From Ruditapes philippinarum (Eukaryota): a stretch of DNA of 64,000 bases. The stretch is from NCBI RefSeq assembly GCF_026571515.1, contig NW_026851606.1, positions 1-64,000 of the forward strand, read 5' to 3'. The notes under the pieces were generated by a model that did no database searches, was not told the DNA's origin, and was given only the letters and a program-made list of their open reading frames with translations. Shown in pieces: positions 40,481 to 53,503 of this stretch. A program made the position numbers and the translations under genes. Every line of letters begins with the position of its first letter. Position 1 is the stretch's first letter.

Positions 40481-43400
40481 ATGCCACGATATGCACAGAT
40501 AGTCATGGGTCCAGCCGGCAGTGGAAAGGTATCTGTTTTTTGTTTGAAGTGCCAAGACACGTCATTTATGTAACTTGTATAATATTCGTCTAGAAGTTTC
40601 GGATACAGATACAGCATGTAACTTGCATGCTTTCCTCAGTAGACGTACAAGAATTCTTTTAATTTATTTGTGCAAATTATATATTCAAAGATCTATATTT
40701 ATATCGAGAAGATTAAGTAAATCTAAAAATTACAAGAGAATTTTTTTCTTTTATTTTTTGCATTTATTAATGTTCTTCATAACTATAATCATCCAATTTA
40801 GCACTTGCCTGGTGGCCCATGGCCAGTGAAAATTAGTTCGGGCCAGTGTAAATTTTAAGAAAATTAAGTTGAATATATAGCAGAATAAATACAAAACTGG
40901 AATTTGGGCCAGTAAATTTAAAATCTTAAATTCATTGACTGTAACTAGTGTAAAAACTAGCTGTTATTAAAGCAGCTACAACACCTTTGGATCACCCCTC
41001 CTAAATGATCAGTTAATTGCAGTCTATGTAAATGAACTTATAATGAGCTATCTGAGATTTCTTACAGATTTCAAACAAAGTGAGATGTTACGGTATCAAG
41101 AAAAGATAACTCTTTAAATGATATTTCATACTGTTTATTGTGTTACTTCTCTTTACTTATTATATTTGAATTATATAGGAGTTATAATATGCATGCACCC
41201 TCACATACCATGTTCTCTATTGAGCTCTGGTTATAAAAACATGAGTTAAAATATTCACAATAAATTAACAGAACAGACAGAATCTTGTAACCATTCATAC
41301 AACTTAGCATTAATGCCTATGAAAATTTAAAAGTAGACCTTAACAGACTTCCTGACAGTTGAAAAAAACTGTCAGACATTAGGTCTGACAAACCATGAAA
41401 ATCTGTCGGACCAAAACGAAATCTGTCAGACCGAATAAAATTGATCAAAATCAAAGATAAACTTGTGTTTGTATTTCTAAGACACTTTTTGTTTTTATTT
41501 TATCGCCGTAAAAATCAACACATTCTGTACAGCGCATTTTCATCTCCTCCCAGTCATACACCAACGATTCATGGTCCTGCTTCCATATTTCATTAAATTT
41601 TGTCTCAGGTCTGTTCTTTTCATCCTTTTACTGTTGTTCTGCCCACTCCTCTGACGAAGATTTTCGTTTTTTCCCAGGTTTGGCACCTTTAGCGACGCCA
41701 TTTTGTATACATGCGGCTTGGATAAAAGCCGGACATTCGGACCGATCAGGAATAAAAAATCGTCGGACCTGATCAAAATTTATCTGACATGTCCGTCGGA
41801 CCGACGTATTTCGGGAAGTCTGCCTTAAATTTACAACACACCTGAATGATCTAGATGTAAGAGGAATCATTCTGGTTTGACATAGTTACCCAGCATATTC
41901 TACAGAAAACAGTGATTTCAACACTGATTGGGCCAATGAGGTTCATTCCGTTCAAGGTTTAATATATCATATTATACATGTATTTATTTTATTATAATGT
42001 TATACTTTAAGGTTCTATGCAATTCCTCATTTTCAGTCAACATACTGTAGTAATATGGTTAGACACTGTGAAAATCTACGCCGGACTGTTCATGTTGTCA
42101 ACCTTGACCCGGCTGCTGAACATTTTGATTATCCGGTGCTTGCTGGTAAACAATCTATAAATTTTTCACATTATTTTCAACATTTAAACATTGCCAGCAG
42201 ATTTCAAAATTAACTGTAATAATTACCTGTTGAGCAATGTGTTCTGGTTTAACTTCTCTATAATTTTTGTTTTGCAAATGTAATGAAAGGATAGTGGTTC
42301 TACTCAGAGAGGCACCTTAGGGGTCCCTACACCAGTGGTGATCTTTACCAATTGTTTGGTTTAGTTGTTTGGAACACCAACAAAATTTGGGTCAAATGGT
42401 GCCGAAACACAAAATTTAACTTTAGGTATTACCTTAGGTGTTACAAACTTAAAGCAATACCAGGGGTCAAAACTACCTTATCTGCTGGAGCTTAGAGATA
42501 GAAAGAGTCATCTAATTTCACGCCCATTCATTTGCCTCTTACAATCACACAGAGATAAACAGTGGCTGCAATTCTAATGCCTCAATCCTGAAAGGCATCC
42601 CCTCAGCCAGAAATGGGGGCCTTTATAGTGCCAGTGTGACTTTTATTGTGTCAAGATACATGTAATTATAGGACTGAGCTCTTACTGTCAATAAGATTGT
42701 TTCAGATTTCTTTTATTACTGACTTACTGGGACACCTCAGTGACGTCACCTGATTTCTCGGACAATCCCAGAGATCCGGGACCGGGACATTTTATGCCAT
42801 GTATGGCATAACCAATATTTCTATTTGAACACAAAATTTATCTTTTATGACTTACACTAGACTTACAATCATACTTCAGATGTTCGTGAGTTGATTCAAG
42901 TAGATGATGCAATGGAAGATGAGTCTTTGAGGTTTGGTCCAAATGGTGGACTTGTATTCTGTATGGAGTGAGTTGTCTGTTTATTGACTAGTCAATATCA
43001 TTCTTTCAATATCATTCATATATGAGTTGAATTCTTACTGTATTTTATGTAAATCTTTTGAAAATTTGTATGTGCTCATTTAAACACATTTGTAATTAGG
43101 TTTATATATACATAAGTTATTGCTTAAAACATAAAACATGTGAAATAGTAAGGGTTAATTTTCTCTTATATTTTATATAGTGTTTTTATCCTGCTTTATA
43201 TTTGTTCAATGGATCTTTTTATAGTATTTTAAAATTTTCCCTTTATTCAGGTTGACAATAGGCACCCTATTTAACATGTTATTTACTAAACAATACATGG
43301 AAATTCATAGGATTTAAAGGTCTTATCACCCGCTGTTTTTATTAATGATTATGAACATAGGACGTCAATAGTAGATTTGTGTGCATTTTTATGAAGATAA

Positions 43401-46400
43401 TAAAATATCCCTTTACATATAATGTTTTTGCTTCAACAAGAAAATATGAAAAATATTTGAAATATTTACAGATATCTTGCCCAAAACTTTGATTGGTTAA
43501 AAGAGCAGTTAGAAGACATAGAAGATGATTATATATTGTTTGACTGCCCTGGTAAGTGATAACTCTTTGGTACTACAAATCCAGGTTTGATCCCCCGATA
43601 CACCAATAAAAGTAATAACAGTGTTTGGGATAAAACTTCAGAAAAAAATGTATGTAGGTCTTTTCGAATGGTTGTTTCACTATGCCTGGTAAAGAGCCAG
43701 TTGCTACTTCTGGATTGAAGAATAGAGAAATTTCTCTCTCAGATGCTTTATTATTAAGAAATCAGAATTTCTTTAGTCTCGACTATAAATTAACATCATC
43801 TTACTTTAAAGGTTGATTTCAAAACCACATGTAAAGTCAAGAGTATTACAATTAGGACTATGAATATGAGTATAGGCCACATTTGAATGCGTTTTTCCCC
43901 CCTGTCAATTACAGATTTCTTTAATTTGTTAAATGTGAAAAGGCAAATTCTTAAGTATCGTTTACTGTAACACAAATTTTTTAAAATGTATTTCAATTGA
44001 CTTGTTTTTAATGTGATTTTTTTTATCTTTTACCAGGACAGATTGAGCTGTACACACATATACCGGTGATGCGTCAGTTAGTCGACGTGTTACAAACATG
44101 GAATTTTAATTTGTGTGGCGTTTACTTGATAGACTCGCAGTTTCTTATCGAAGCATCGAAATTTGTCTCCGGCACCCTTACAGCATTGTCTACAATGGTT
44201 AACTTAGAAACACCACATGTAAATGTGATGACAAAGTTAGATCTACTTAGTAAGAAAGATAAAAAGGAGTTGGAAAGGTAAGTAAGTCTGGGAATATCAA
44301 CACTGTTACATAACATTATTACAACAAAATTTCTAATTATATTTAGCAGTGTCACCTTTAAATACCTTAAAATATTCAAAGTTTTTTGCAGCTTATATGA
44401 CCTTTGGAACATTCAGTTTCCAATCTATTTTTCAGCTAATCTAGCTTAAAGTGCAAGAGGGAGCATTAAAGATTGCTTATCTAACCTCTAGGCTTTAGTT
44501 CACCCTGCATCCATTGCAGAAAGTCCTGTTTTAATTGTTGAGATAATTCCAATCCATATGTTAAACTCTGGTTGCCAAGACAATGGAAAGGAGGTAGGGG
44601 TGGCCTAGTAGGTAAGGTGTCCGTCTTAACCCAATGATCATGAGTTCAAGCCCTAATCAAGTTTTTCTGTAAGAATTAAAAAAACCATGGTGCACTGTTT
44701 GCTATCCTGTTAGTGTTTATTTTGAAAATTTCCCTAAACTTGTTGAATGGTTTTGTCCATAAAGAAAGTTGGACAAGTTTGTTTAAGATATTTAGTGTGG
44801 TAAGGGTTAAAGAATATAAAAATTATAGGAACAGTTTATTTATCTATGTTTAACATGATGTAGGTACCTGGAGCCCACAATGCAAGGACTGTTGTTTGAA
44901 GAATTTGAAGATGAAAAATTCAGCAGAAAATTCAAGAAATTAAATGCAGCAATAGCATCAATGGTTTGTAATATTTCTTGAAAGCATGTCTCCTCTGGAA
45001 TCATGAATTTAGAAAATATTTTAACTGTAAAAATATGATTTCGTTAACTGAACAAATAAAGTAAAGTTAGGCATCTATGAAAGTAGCTCGCAATGCACAT
45101 GAATTAGCCAAAATGTGTCAAATATATACAAAAATATCCGTTAATCCATTAGTTTTCTGAGAAAAGATAAGGTGATGAAAATCCTACAGTCTGTTACAGT
45201 ATGCATATATAAGTAATTTAATAAATTATTGTTTAAAGTTTGTTGTGTTTAGACTTTTAAGTTTGTTTAATATTTTGTAGATAGATGATTACAGCCTGGT
45301 AAAGTTTTTACCTCTTGACCAATCAGATGAGGACAGTATAAATGATGTATTGTTACAAGTTGATATGTGTCTACAGTATGGCGAGGACCAGGAACCAAGG
45401 GAAATGAGGGTAAGGTCATATTAATCTTTAATTAGATATGACGATAAGTACTTAGAAATGAGGGTAAGATCATATTAATCTTTAATTAGATATGACGATA
45501 AGTACTTAGAAATGAGGGTAAGATCATATTAATCTTTAATTAGATATGACGATAAATACAGGGTGACCTCTCATAAGAAATGAGGGCAAGGTCATATTAG
45601 TCTTTAATTAGATATGACGATAAGTGCAGGGTGACCTTCCACAAGAAATGAGGGTAAGGTCATATTAATCTTTAATTAGATATGATGAAAGGTACCCAGT
45701 GACCTTCCATAAGAAATGAGGGTAAGGTCATATTAATCTTTAATTAGATATAACAATAAGTGCAGGGTGACGTTCTTTTAGAAATGAGGGTATGGTCATA
45801 TTAATCTTTAATTACATATGACATTAAGTACAGGGTGCCTTTCCTTTAGAAATGAGGGTAAGGTCATATTAATTTTTAATTAGATATGACAATAAGTACA
45901 AGGTTACCTTCTATAAGAAATGAGGGTAAGGTCATATTAATCTTTAATTTGATATATTGTTAAGTACATGGTTACCTTCTATAAGAAATGAGGGTAAGGT
46001 CATATTGATCTTTAATTACAGATTGTAACGTACAGGTTGCCCTTCATTAAGAGGTTACAATAAGTATGTATTGTCCTTTAAAGGGAAAAGGTTGTCCTTT
46101 AATGGAAAATGAAAGTAAAATATGACTTCACATTATTGACATTTATTTGACTTTGAGCCAACATATTTTAAGTTTCATGTATTCATGCAAAATTGTAAAA
46201 CTAAATATAACTATATATTGTATGAAAAAGAAAATTTGAAAATCTTTAGTACAATGAAGCTACAGTTGCCTCTTCTAAGATTGAACAAATAATCCCGCAA
46301 AGGGGTGTGGTGGCCTAGTGGTTAAGGTGTCTGCCTCTCAACCCAGGGATCATGGGTTTAAGCCCTACTCAGGTCACAACCGTGTTTCTTCATATGACAC

Positions 46401-46946
46401 CATTGCTTCTAAATTCCAGGAAGTGGACTCGAAAGTGATTAATATAAGTTGCAAGAACTTGTTCTGCAATCAAGCTAAAATAAACATGTTTAAACAAACC
46501 ATTCATAAATAATCATGATTTTCCGACTGACTTCAGATGATGATTTCACGTTTTATTAGCTGTTTGATTTTTAAAATTCTGGTGAGCAATACAAGGCCAC
46601 CTTGTCTTTCTTGTTCATTACTTAATGCTTACCCTGCTGAAATCAAAAGTAATAAGCTTTTGCCACCAATATAGGGCCTAGTAGGCATACTTATCAGTAT
46701 AGTTTGACTCAGCTCCATGCTTTAAACTGATATTTCCAAATTTGATAATGGGCAGTTCCCAAAAGCCCATTCAAGAAATTCAGGAGGTTTTGGACTTCTG
46801 CATCTGTTGACTTCAAGATTTGTTGTACTTTGTGAATTTACTTTTGTAGCATATAATTATATTTGTATTTTTCATATCACTGAATTTGTCATGTTTTACA
46901 GGAAGCTGGAGATGACCCAGATGTGGACAGTGGGTTTGATGGATGA
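40481..46946 (+). CDS. GPN3: GPN-loop GTPase 3, 279 aa
   Basis: Exons 40481-40528, 42037-42145, 42880-42967, 43472-43551, 44037-44277, 44864-44963, 45281-45409, 46902-46946 total 840 nt with consistent phases. Motifs: [20 protein letters not shown] (P-loop), [23 protein letters not shown] (GPN loop), [38 protein letters not shown]. Confidence 0.97.
41344..41822. mobile_element. MITE with CAG...CTG termini (hAT-like) in GPN3 intron 1
   Basis: CAGACTTCCTGA ... TCGGGAAGTCTG TIRs, subterminal (TGTC(A/G)GAC) repeats, and CCTTAA directly flanking both ends. Confidence 0.7.
45401..46030 (+). repeat. 54/68-bp minisatellite (10 copies) seeded on the GPN3 exon-7 donor
   Basis: Units start at 45401, 45455, 45509, 45577, 45645, 45713, 45781, 45849, 45917 and 45985, each beginning GAAATGAGG followed by a GTAAG-type donor (variants GCAAGG and GTATGG). 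Confidence 0.92.
46300..46498 (+). mobile_element. tRNA-derived SINE, family B (other copies: ~58365-58550 on -, partial at ~44590-44660)
   Basis: GGTGGCCTAGTGGTTAAGGTGTCTGCCTCTCAACCCAGGGATCATGGGTT head; shared tail AATATAAGTTGCAAGAACTTGTT...AAATAAA(C/T)ATGTTTAA. Confidence 0.7.
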
Positions 46947-48859
46947 CCTTGACCTCTCTGTAAGAAATGACCTTGACCTACATATGCCAGATGACCCTGA
47001 CATTAACTGTGAATGATGATGTCATTTTTGGAATATGTTCTGAAAGCTGTGATATAAAGATGTGGAAGGGAAGTGTAATGGGACACTTGATTACATATAT
47101 TTGAAATAAGATAAAGTGCAGTCTTGCAACAAGATTACTGTTTACATTGAAACAATTCATTTGAACTTTTCTTGAAAATAAACAAGAAAATTTGAATGTA
47201 TTATTATGTATTGAGGTTTTTGTTCATTTCTTTTCTGTATGAACATTTTTGTTGTTAAATCATTTGAATAACACAAGTGAAACATTAATAATGTACATGT
47301 ATGTGATGATTTTGTCTCCTCAGAAAACGAAAGATCAGGGTGAGCTGATATCATAGACTGTATAATGAGTATTCATGATGATACAGTATCATTCATAAAT
47401 ACCTTAAAATAGGCTGATATGCAAAGTATTTGTGAGATATATAATTATTCATAAATATAAACATGCTGTAAATTTGTTTACATTTCTGTTAATGTGACTT
47501 GTTTAAGGAATTGGCTGTTTGCTGATGTTGTAATAACTTGTGGCCCAATCTATTTGTATACATATATGTTTATTGTTTCTTTTCATGTTTATATCTATAT
47601 TTTAATATGCATGAGCACATACAATAAAATAGTATTCAACTAAATTAAACTTAAATCAAATTACTCAAGTTTACTTAAAAATTGAAAGTGATTTGAAAGT
47701 TGTCGATGCGTTTCCTATTTTAACAATATCTGGAAAGGTTCAATGAAAATTCTGGTACCTGAAATCAAATATGAAAGATCGGCAATATTTTTAAAATTTT
47801 GGTATAATAAATAAAACATAATTTAAAGCGTAACGCTGTCGTAGACCTCATATGATTTGCTTTTCTGTATATATTTATACATCCTCAAACTAAAAATGAT
47901 ATTCAGTTTCTACAGCGCTCTGATTACAGTACACATATTACATAAATGGTTTTCCTTACCTATATAATAGTATTAAATTATCTTTGCAGTTCTTAGGACT
48001 TAAATTCAAATGACGTAAGTCCCAGACCGTTCCATTTCTAATGTACGAGTATGTGAACAAAGTACTGGTTATGTAAATGATTTATCCGGTCATAATTAGA
48101 AATTTTAACACTAATACATTTTATAAGTTTTATTCCTTCTGGACCATTTGAGCTTTGTTTTTAGAACATTCGAAACATTTTTACAAATGCATGTAAGTTG
48201 TAAATGCGTTTTGATTAAAATGCCACATTTTTAGCAATTAGATCTACCTTACTTTGATATTTATGTAGTGTGTTTGTGTGTCTTACTTTTCCTTTTCTAC
48301 AGCTAATAAAACTTTAAAATTAACAACATTAAAAAAACAAAAAAACGAATATATAATTTTGTTTGTCGGATTTTTTAAAATCTATTTTTATTTGCCTTTG
48401 CTATTTTATACCATTATTAAAGTTGTTTTTTTCTAAATTGAAACGAGCTTTTCGGTAAAGTACGTCTTTTAATTAGTATTTATTGATTTTATATATTCGA
48501 TTCAAGTTTTTGATACAAAATTGAATTGATAAAATCAGGCAATATTAAAACTTGCCTTTGGATAAATATAGAAACCGTAATGTCGTATGTTTTCATCTAT
48601 ATTACTTTACAGAAAAGTTCTAAAGGATTGTGATTTGGTAAGCTTTTTCGATTATTCTATATATAGACATACTTTTTGAACTGTGGTCACAATCTATGAC
48701 ACTCTGATATTATCTTAGGTATCCGTTTATTGGTGTTTAATTATTGTGTAAATTTATCAGGGTATACAGCTTACACCGAATACAGCCGGGTGCCGGTCGT
48801 ACGACCGTTGATAAAACGGCACAGGGCAAACTTGCACTATACATGCATTCTAGATATAG

Positions 48860-49245
48860 TATACACCGTATACAGTTTACACTGTATACGGTTAACACCG
48901 TACTTATTTAACCCTGGACGCAGTTTACACTGTATACGGTTTACGCTGGAAACAGTTAACACCGTACATAGTTTACCTTGGACACAGTTTACACTGTATA
49001 CGGTTTACACTGGGTATAGTTTGCATCGTATATAGTTTACCCTGGACACAGTATAAACTGTATTCGGTTTACACTGGATACAGTTAACAACGTATACAGT
49101 TTACCATGAACACAGGTTACACTGTATACGGTTTACGCTGGATACAGTTAACACCGTATTCAGTTTACCATGAACACAATCATGTTTCAATGTACACCGA
49201 TAGAGCTGCATACAGCTTTTACCATACACTGTTTACAGTTTACAT
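48860..49245. repeat. Degenerate short-period minisatellite ((T/C)ACAGTTTACACTG-like units)
   Basis: Repeated CAGTTTACACTGTATACGGTTTAC motifs. Confidence 0.75.
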
Positions 49246-49269
49246 AGAATATTGATAATGATAGGTCTG

Positions 49270-49455
49270 TTACTGATTATGATGGGTGATCAGGACGATG
49301 GGGATTATAATTATGATAATTGTAATGATTATGATGATTGAGATAATCGTTTTAAGATCACGTTGTTATTGTTGATGATGATGATCACATTGATTATGAT
49401 TATAATAATAATGATGATGATGATGATGATATCGTTACTGATATTGATGATGATC
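49270..49455. repeat. Degenerate (ATG/ATT/ATA)n microsatellite
   Basis: Runs of GATGATGAT/ATAATAAT. Confidence 0.75.
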
Positions 49456-50073
49456 ATTAACTTTAATTCTAATAAAGATATATTATTGAGACTTTATATG
49501 TGGGTTCTACCTGTCACACTGATTTTCAGGTCAAAAGGTCATAGACACTGTAACCTTATATAGGCAAAATGTAAAGGTCGATTTTCTTATGAACTACCAA
49601 AGCCATTCACTTTAAACTTGGTTTACTTGTTCACTATCATCGTGCAATACAATATCAAAATGGCAGATGATCCTAAAATTATATTTTGCAGTTATGCCCC
49701 CTTTTTTACATAGATTTTTTGTCCTGATTAATCTTTTTTTTAATCTTTTTTGTATGATTAATTTCTCAAAAACTATCAAAGATATTGTTCACGGACAGAT
49801 AAACATGGTGGGATTTTTTCTAAATTATCTCCCCTTATCTCCCCTTTAATTTATTTTTATTTGAAATACTTGTTGGCTATCAAGGCAAAAATAACCGCCA
49901 AACAGTTTATCAGAAGTATCTTCCCTTTTCTATGTTGCTTAGATCCTGAGAAAAGTGAAGCGCGCTGCTCCTCGGACAGCTCATGTTTTATTCTGTGTGT
50001 ATGCTTTAAAAAAAAATAAAAAAATAATAATGCACTATATCTTGCTTTATTTTCAGCTAAAAGTGCTGCAAAT

Positions 50074-51617
50074 ATGAGTAAAGTGACGGTGATAAAAGTT
50101 GCATCTTGGTAAAGATTACAAGTATTATAAATAGATATAATTATATATTTTCTTTTAAGATATCAAAACCCTAATAATTACATGACCCAAATCATACTTT
50201 AAACAAAATTATACGTCAGTTGCACTTAAATCGTCAAACAATCGTACACAATTATATACTATTTCGGCCGTTTCCGTCAAAACTCGGTGAATATCAAAAC
50301 ACAGACGAAATTGCATTCACTTGATATGATTAAGACAATTATAAATATAATTTTCGTTTCAGGGCATGCATTCTGTTTGTTCTATCTATCATTTTGATTC
50401 GAGATAAGAGCATGTTTGGAACAATACAAACAACTTTAAGAGACATCTGCTTGCCAATGTCCTCTTACCCCAAAACTCCAATACAACAGCTAGACCTTCT
50501 ATCATTGACAAACGCGCAAGCGCAACCGGAAAGTAGGGCGCCATTGGCAGACAAAGAAGAAGCCACAGCAGACGGTAATAATGCAAACAATTTAGCATAC
50601 GAAACTAAAATGATATCTCTGAATGAAACACGTAGCATAGTAGGTATAAACTCGAGTACAGTCACACACATTGCATTTCTAAAAGTACACAAAGCAGGTT
50701 CGACTACTATTCAGAATATGTTATTTAGGTTTGGAATCAAAAAGGATTTAAATATTATTCTGTCGAAAAAAGGGAACCAGCTTTGGAGCAAGGCTGAGGA
50801 ATTGCCAATAAGAAAGGGTCAGCATTATGACATTTTTGCTCTTCATACAATTTACAACAAAAAGTTTTTCGACAGCTTACTTCCGGCGAATCACGTGAAG
50901 ATTGGAATTATACGCGAACCGTTGAGTAGAATGATAAGCGCGGCATATTATCATCGTGACGTTTTCCATGTCGCATACTTACGAAGAGTCCCACGAGCAA
51001 ATTATATCCACAACTTAGTGAACTTTCCAGAAAAGTATGACCGGCTGCTGTTTTCCAAGACACGGAATACCATGGCGCGAGATTTTGGATTTTCCGGCCA
51101 TTGGAATCAGACTGAAATCAAGACATATTTGGAAGAACTTAATTCCCAGTTTCTCTTCGTTCTGCTAATGGAGAAATTTGACGAATCATTAGTTTACCTA
51201 CGTCGTCTGCTCAATTGGTCAGTGTCTGATATTCTATACATTAAAACTAACTTGCATAAGCATCCACCGGTTGTTCTCAATGGTAAAGAGCAGGAAAAAT
51301 TCAGAAAAACAAATGTGTATGATTTCTATGTGTACAATTATTTTAGTAAAGTTTTTGATAAAAAGTTAAAACAAGCGCCTAGTGATTTTTGGCAGGAAGT
51401 GACGTATTTTAAAAAGTTAGTTCAAGAAGTTAGCTTTTTGTGTGGCCATTCTAAAGTAACTCAGTCTGCGGCACCAGTGTTATCTGTTAAGGAAACGAAA
51501 TTTAACGGTCATTTTGAAGTGACCAGTGCCGACTGCGCTATGATGAAAACTCCAGAACTGTCCTTTATTGAAAAATTACGACGAAGGCATCGCAGAAGAC
51601 AGAATCTGGCGTCATAA
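50074..51617 (+). CDS. Galactose-3-O-sulfotransferase family protein (GAL3ST-like), copy 1; type II Golgi membrane protein
   Basis: Exons 50074-50108 and 50363-51617 (phase-2 intron, TG|G) give MSKVTVIKVASWACILFVLSIILIR (signal anchor); 5'-PAPS motif IAFLKVHKAGSTT, 3'-PB motif IREPLSRMISAAYY, and EKFDESLVYLRRLLNW. Confidence 0.88.
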
Positions 51618-53139
51618 GCATACAAATTTATAACTTTGCGTATCGACTTAATTAGGAAACAGATTTCACAAAAAGCAGCAAAAATATAATTATGTTAAAA
51701 AGGATATGTTTTATGCTACCCTAAGATTTTCCATTAGTATTTTTTCTTGTTAAGACAGGCTGATGTTCAGGTCATATGGCGTCTTTTGTAGCTTTACTGG
51801 TCAGATGTCAGACTTGAATGGTCATCTGGAAAATTAATGTTTTATGAAAATAACACCGGATGTGATATAATTAAGTAATGAGGATAAAGGAAGCAAATTG
51901 TAAACAAAGTAGTTTTAATTTATACAATAATCCATACAAAATACTATTTCACTATAACAGTACTATTTGCAAAATACAGAAGGTTTATGGCATATAAGCA
52001 ATTATTTAGAAACTGTAACATGACACACAAAAAATATCTCAGTGATATAAATTTTGAGGATAACTGGGCCTTTAAATATGACAATGCATTATTTAAAAAA
52101 AAAATAGACGTAACGCAGGCTAACGCCACATACACGTGCGTCATTATTATTATAGAATATCAAACCAATCTTATCATTAACCAATGATGTAGATACATTT
52201 TACTCCTTATATATTATAAATATTTGTCTATGTACTATTTCAAAAATAGAAAAATAGACGTAAAATGAAATCTATCAAAACAATAGAATAATTTACCAAT
52301 AGTGTCGTTATACATGTGCATGTCATTTTCTGGTCATATTTTTTTTTGCTATATAAAATATAATTTATCAAATGTTGTTGTTGTTGTTGTTTTTGCTTAA
52401 ATTTTTCTTTTCGTAAACAATTGTTACATGATTTAATTCCGTCAATTGAATTTATTTTAAAAAATAATAATCAAAGGTATTTCTTTGACATGCGTAATAA
52501 GTGCCCCCAGACAAAAAGATTAAAATCTCGAAGGGAAAAATAAATTTACGTTACAACTCCAAGCGCAATCGTCTCGAAAACAAGTTCATGTGCGGGTAAG
52601 TGGACTTTTATTTTCTTTCATTTTCATTTATTTATTTATTTATTTTTAATGCTATTTGTTAAATAAATATTTCGTTTTCGTTTATTGTTTCTTTGCTCTA
52701 ATTCAATCGTTAATTATTTATAAAATATGTTGGAAAGTACGGTGTTCAAAGTATTATAATATGTTCAAGTACGGTGTTTAATGTGTCACATTCACAATGT
52801 TTTTAATGTGTTGGATTTCTGACTTCAGTGTATAAATATTGGTTCTTAAAATTGGTACTAAAACAAAATGTAAAATATTGCTGATTTACTAAGAAACAAA
52901 CTTATCTCAGGATAAAATTTTGTGAATAATAAATATTATATTATCACAAAGTTATTTATTAACGGAATAAATTATATTTATGAATAGCGAATCATTTAAA
53001 AGAAACTTTCAAATCAATTTGTTTGCTCTGTTAAGAATTTTAGTATTATGTACTATTGGTTATGTAGCCTTTGCCACCCGTTTAGACCCAGGCCAGTCTG
53101 CACACCCGTGCAGTCTGTGTAGCTTTTAAGCTATTGAAT

Positions 53140-53420
53140 GTGTGTGCATTTGTGTTTATACTCGCCTCCGGGTGCCCATATGGGCGAGTCCTCCAAACTA
53201 GTATTAGCCGTTTTAGATTTTGGAGGAAAGTGCAATATACAGATATAGACAATTCCAGAAGTTTCTCCTGGTTCTTTAGCATGCCAAGTGTTTAAGCACT
53301 CATACAAGGGACCACGGTTTTAAAGTCTCATGCGGAAGACTGATAAGTAATTTTAGTCGGCCAGCCAGGGAATCGAACCCACAATGCCGAGATTACAAGT
53401 CTCGTGCTCTATGCGGGATG
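53140..53420 (-). mobile_element. tRNA-derived SINE, third family, degenerate
   Basis: Minus strand reads ...AGCACGAGACTTGTAATCTCGGCATTGTGGGTTCGATTCCCTGGCTGGCCG (B-box) followed by a non-tRNA body. Confidence 0.5.
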
Positions 53421-53503
53421 GTCTAATCAATGTATGGTAATGCTAATATTCATTCTGTAATATTTTAGACCTTTTCTTATTTTCTTTCAGTTAACAGATA
53501 ACA

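Noticed and set aside
46807-47016. ORF-track 69-aa frame as the GPN3 C-terminus
   Set aside because: The phase-0 junction from 45409 selects the frame [14 protein letters not shown] (46902-46946), not this ORF.
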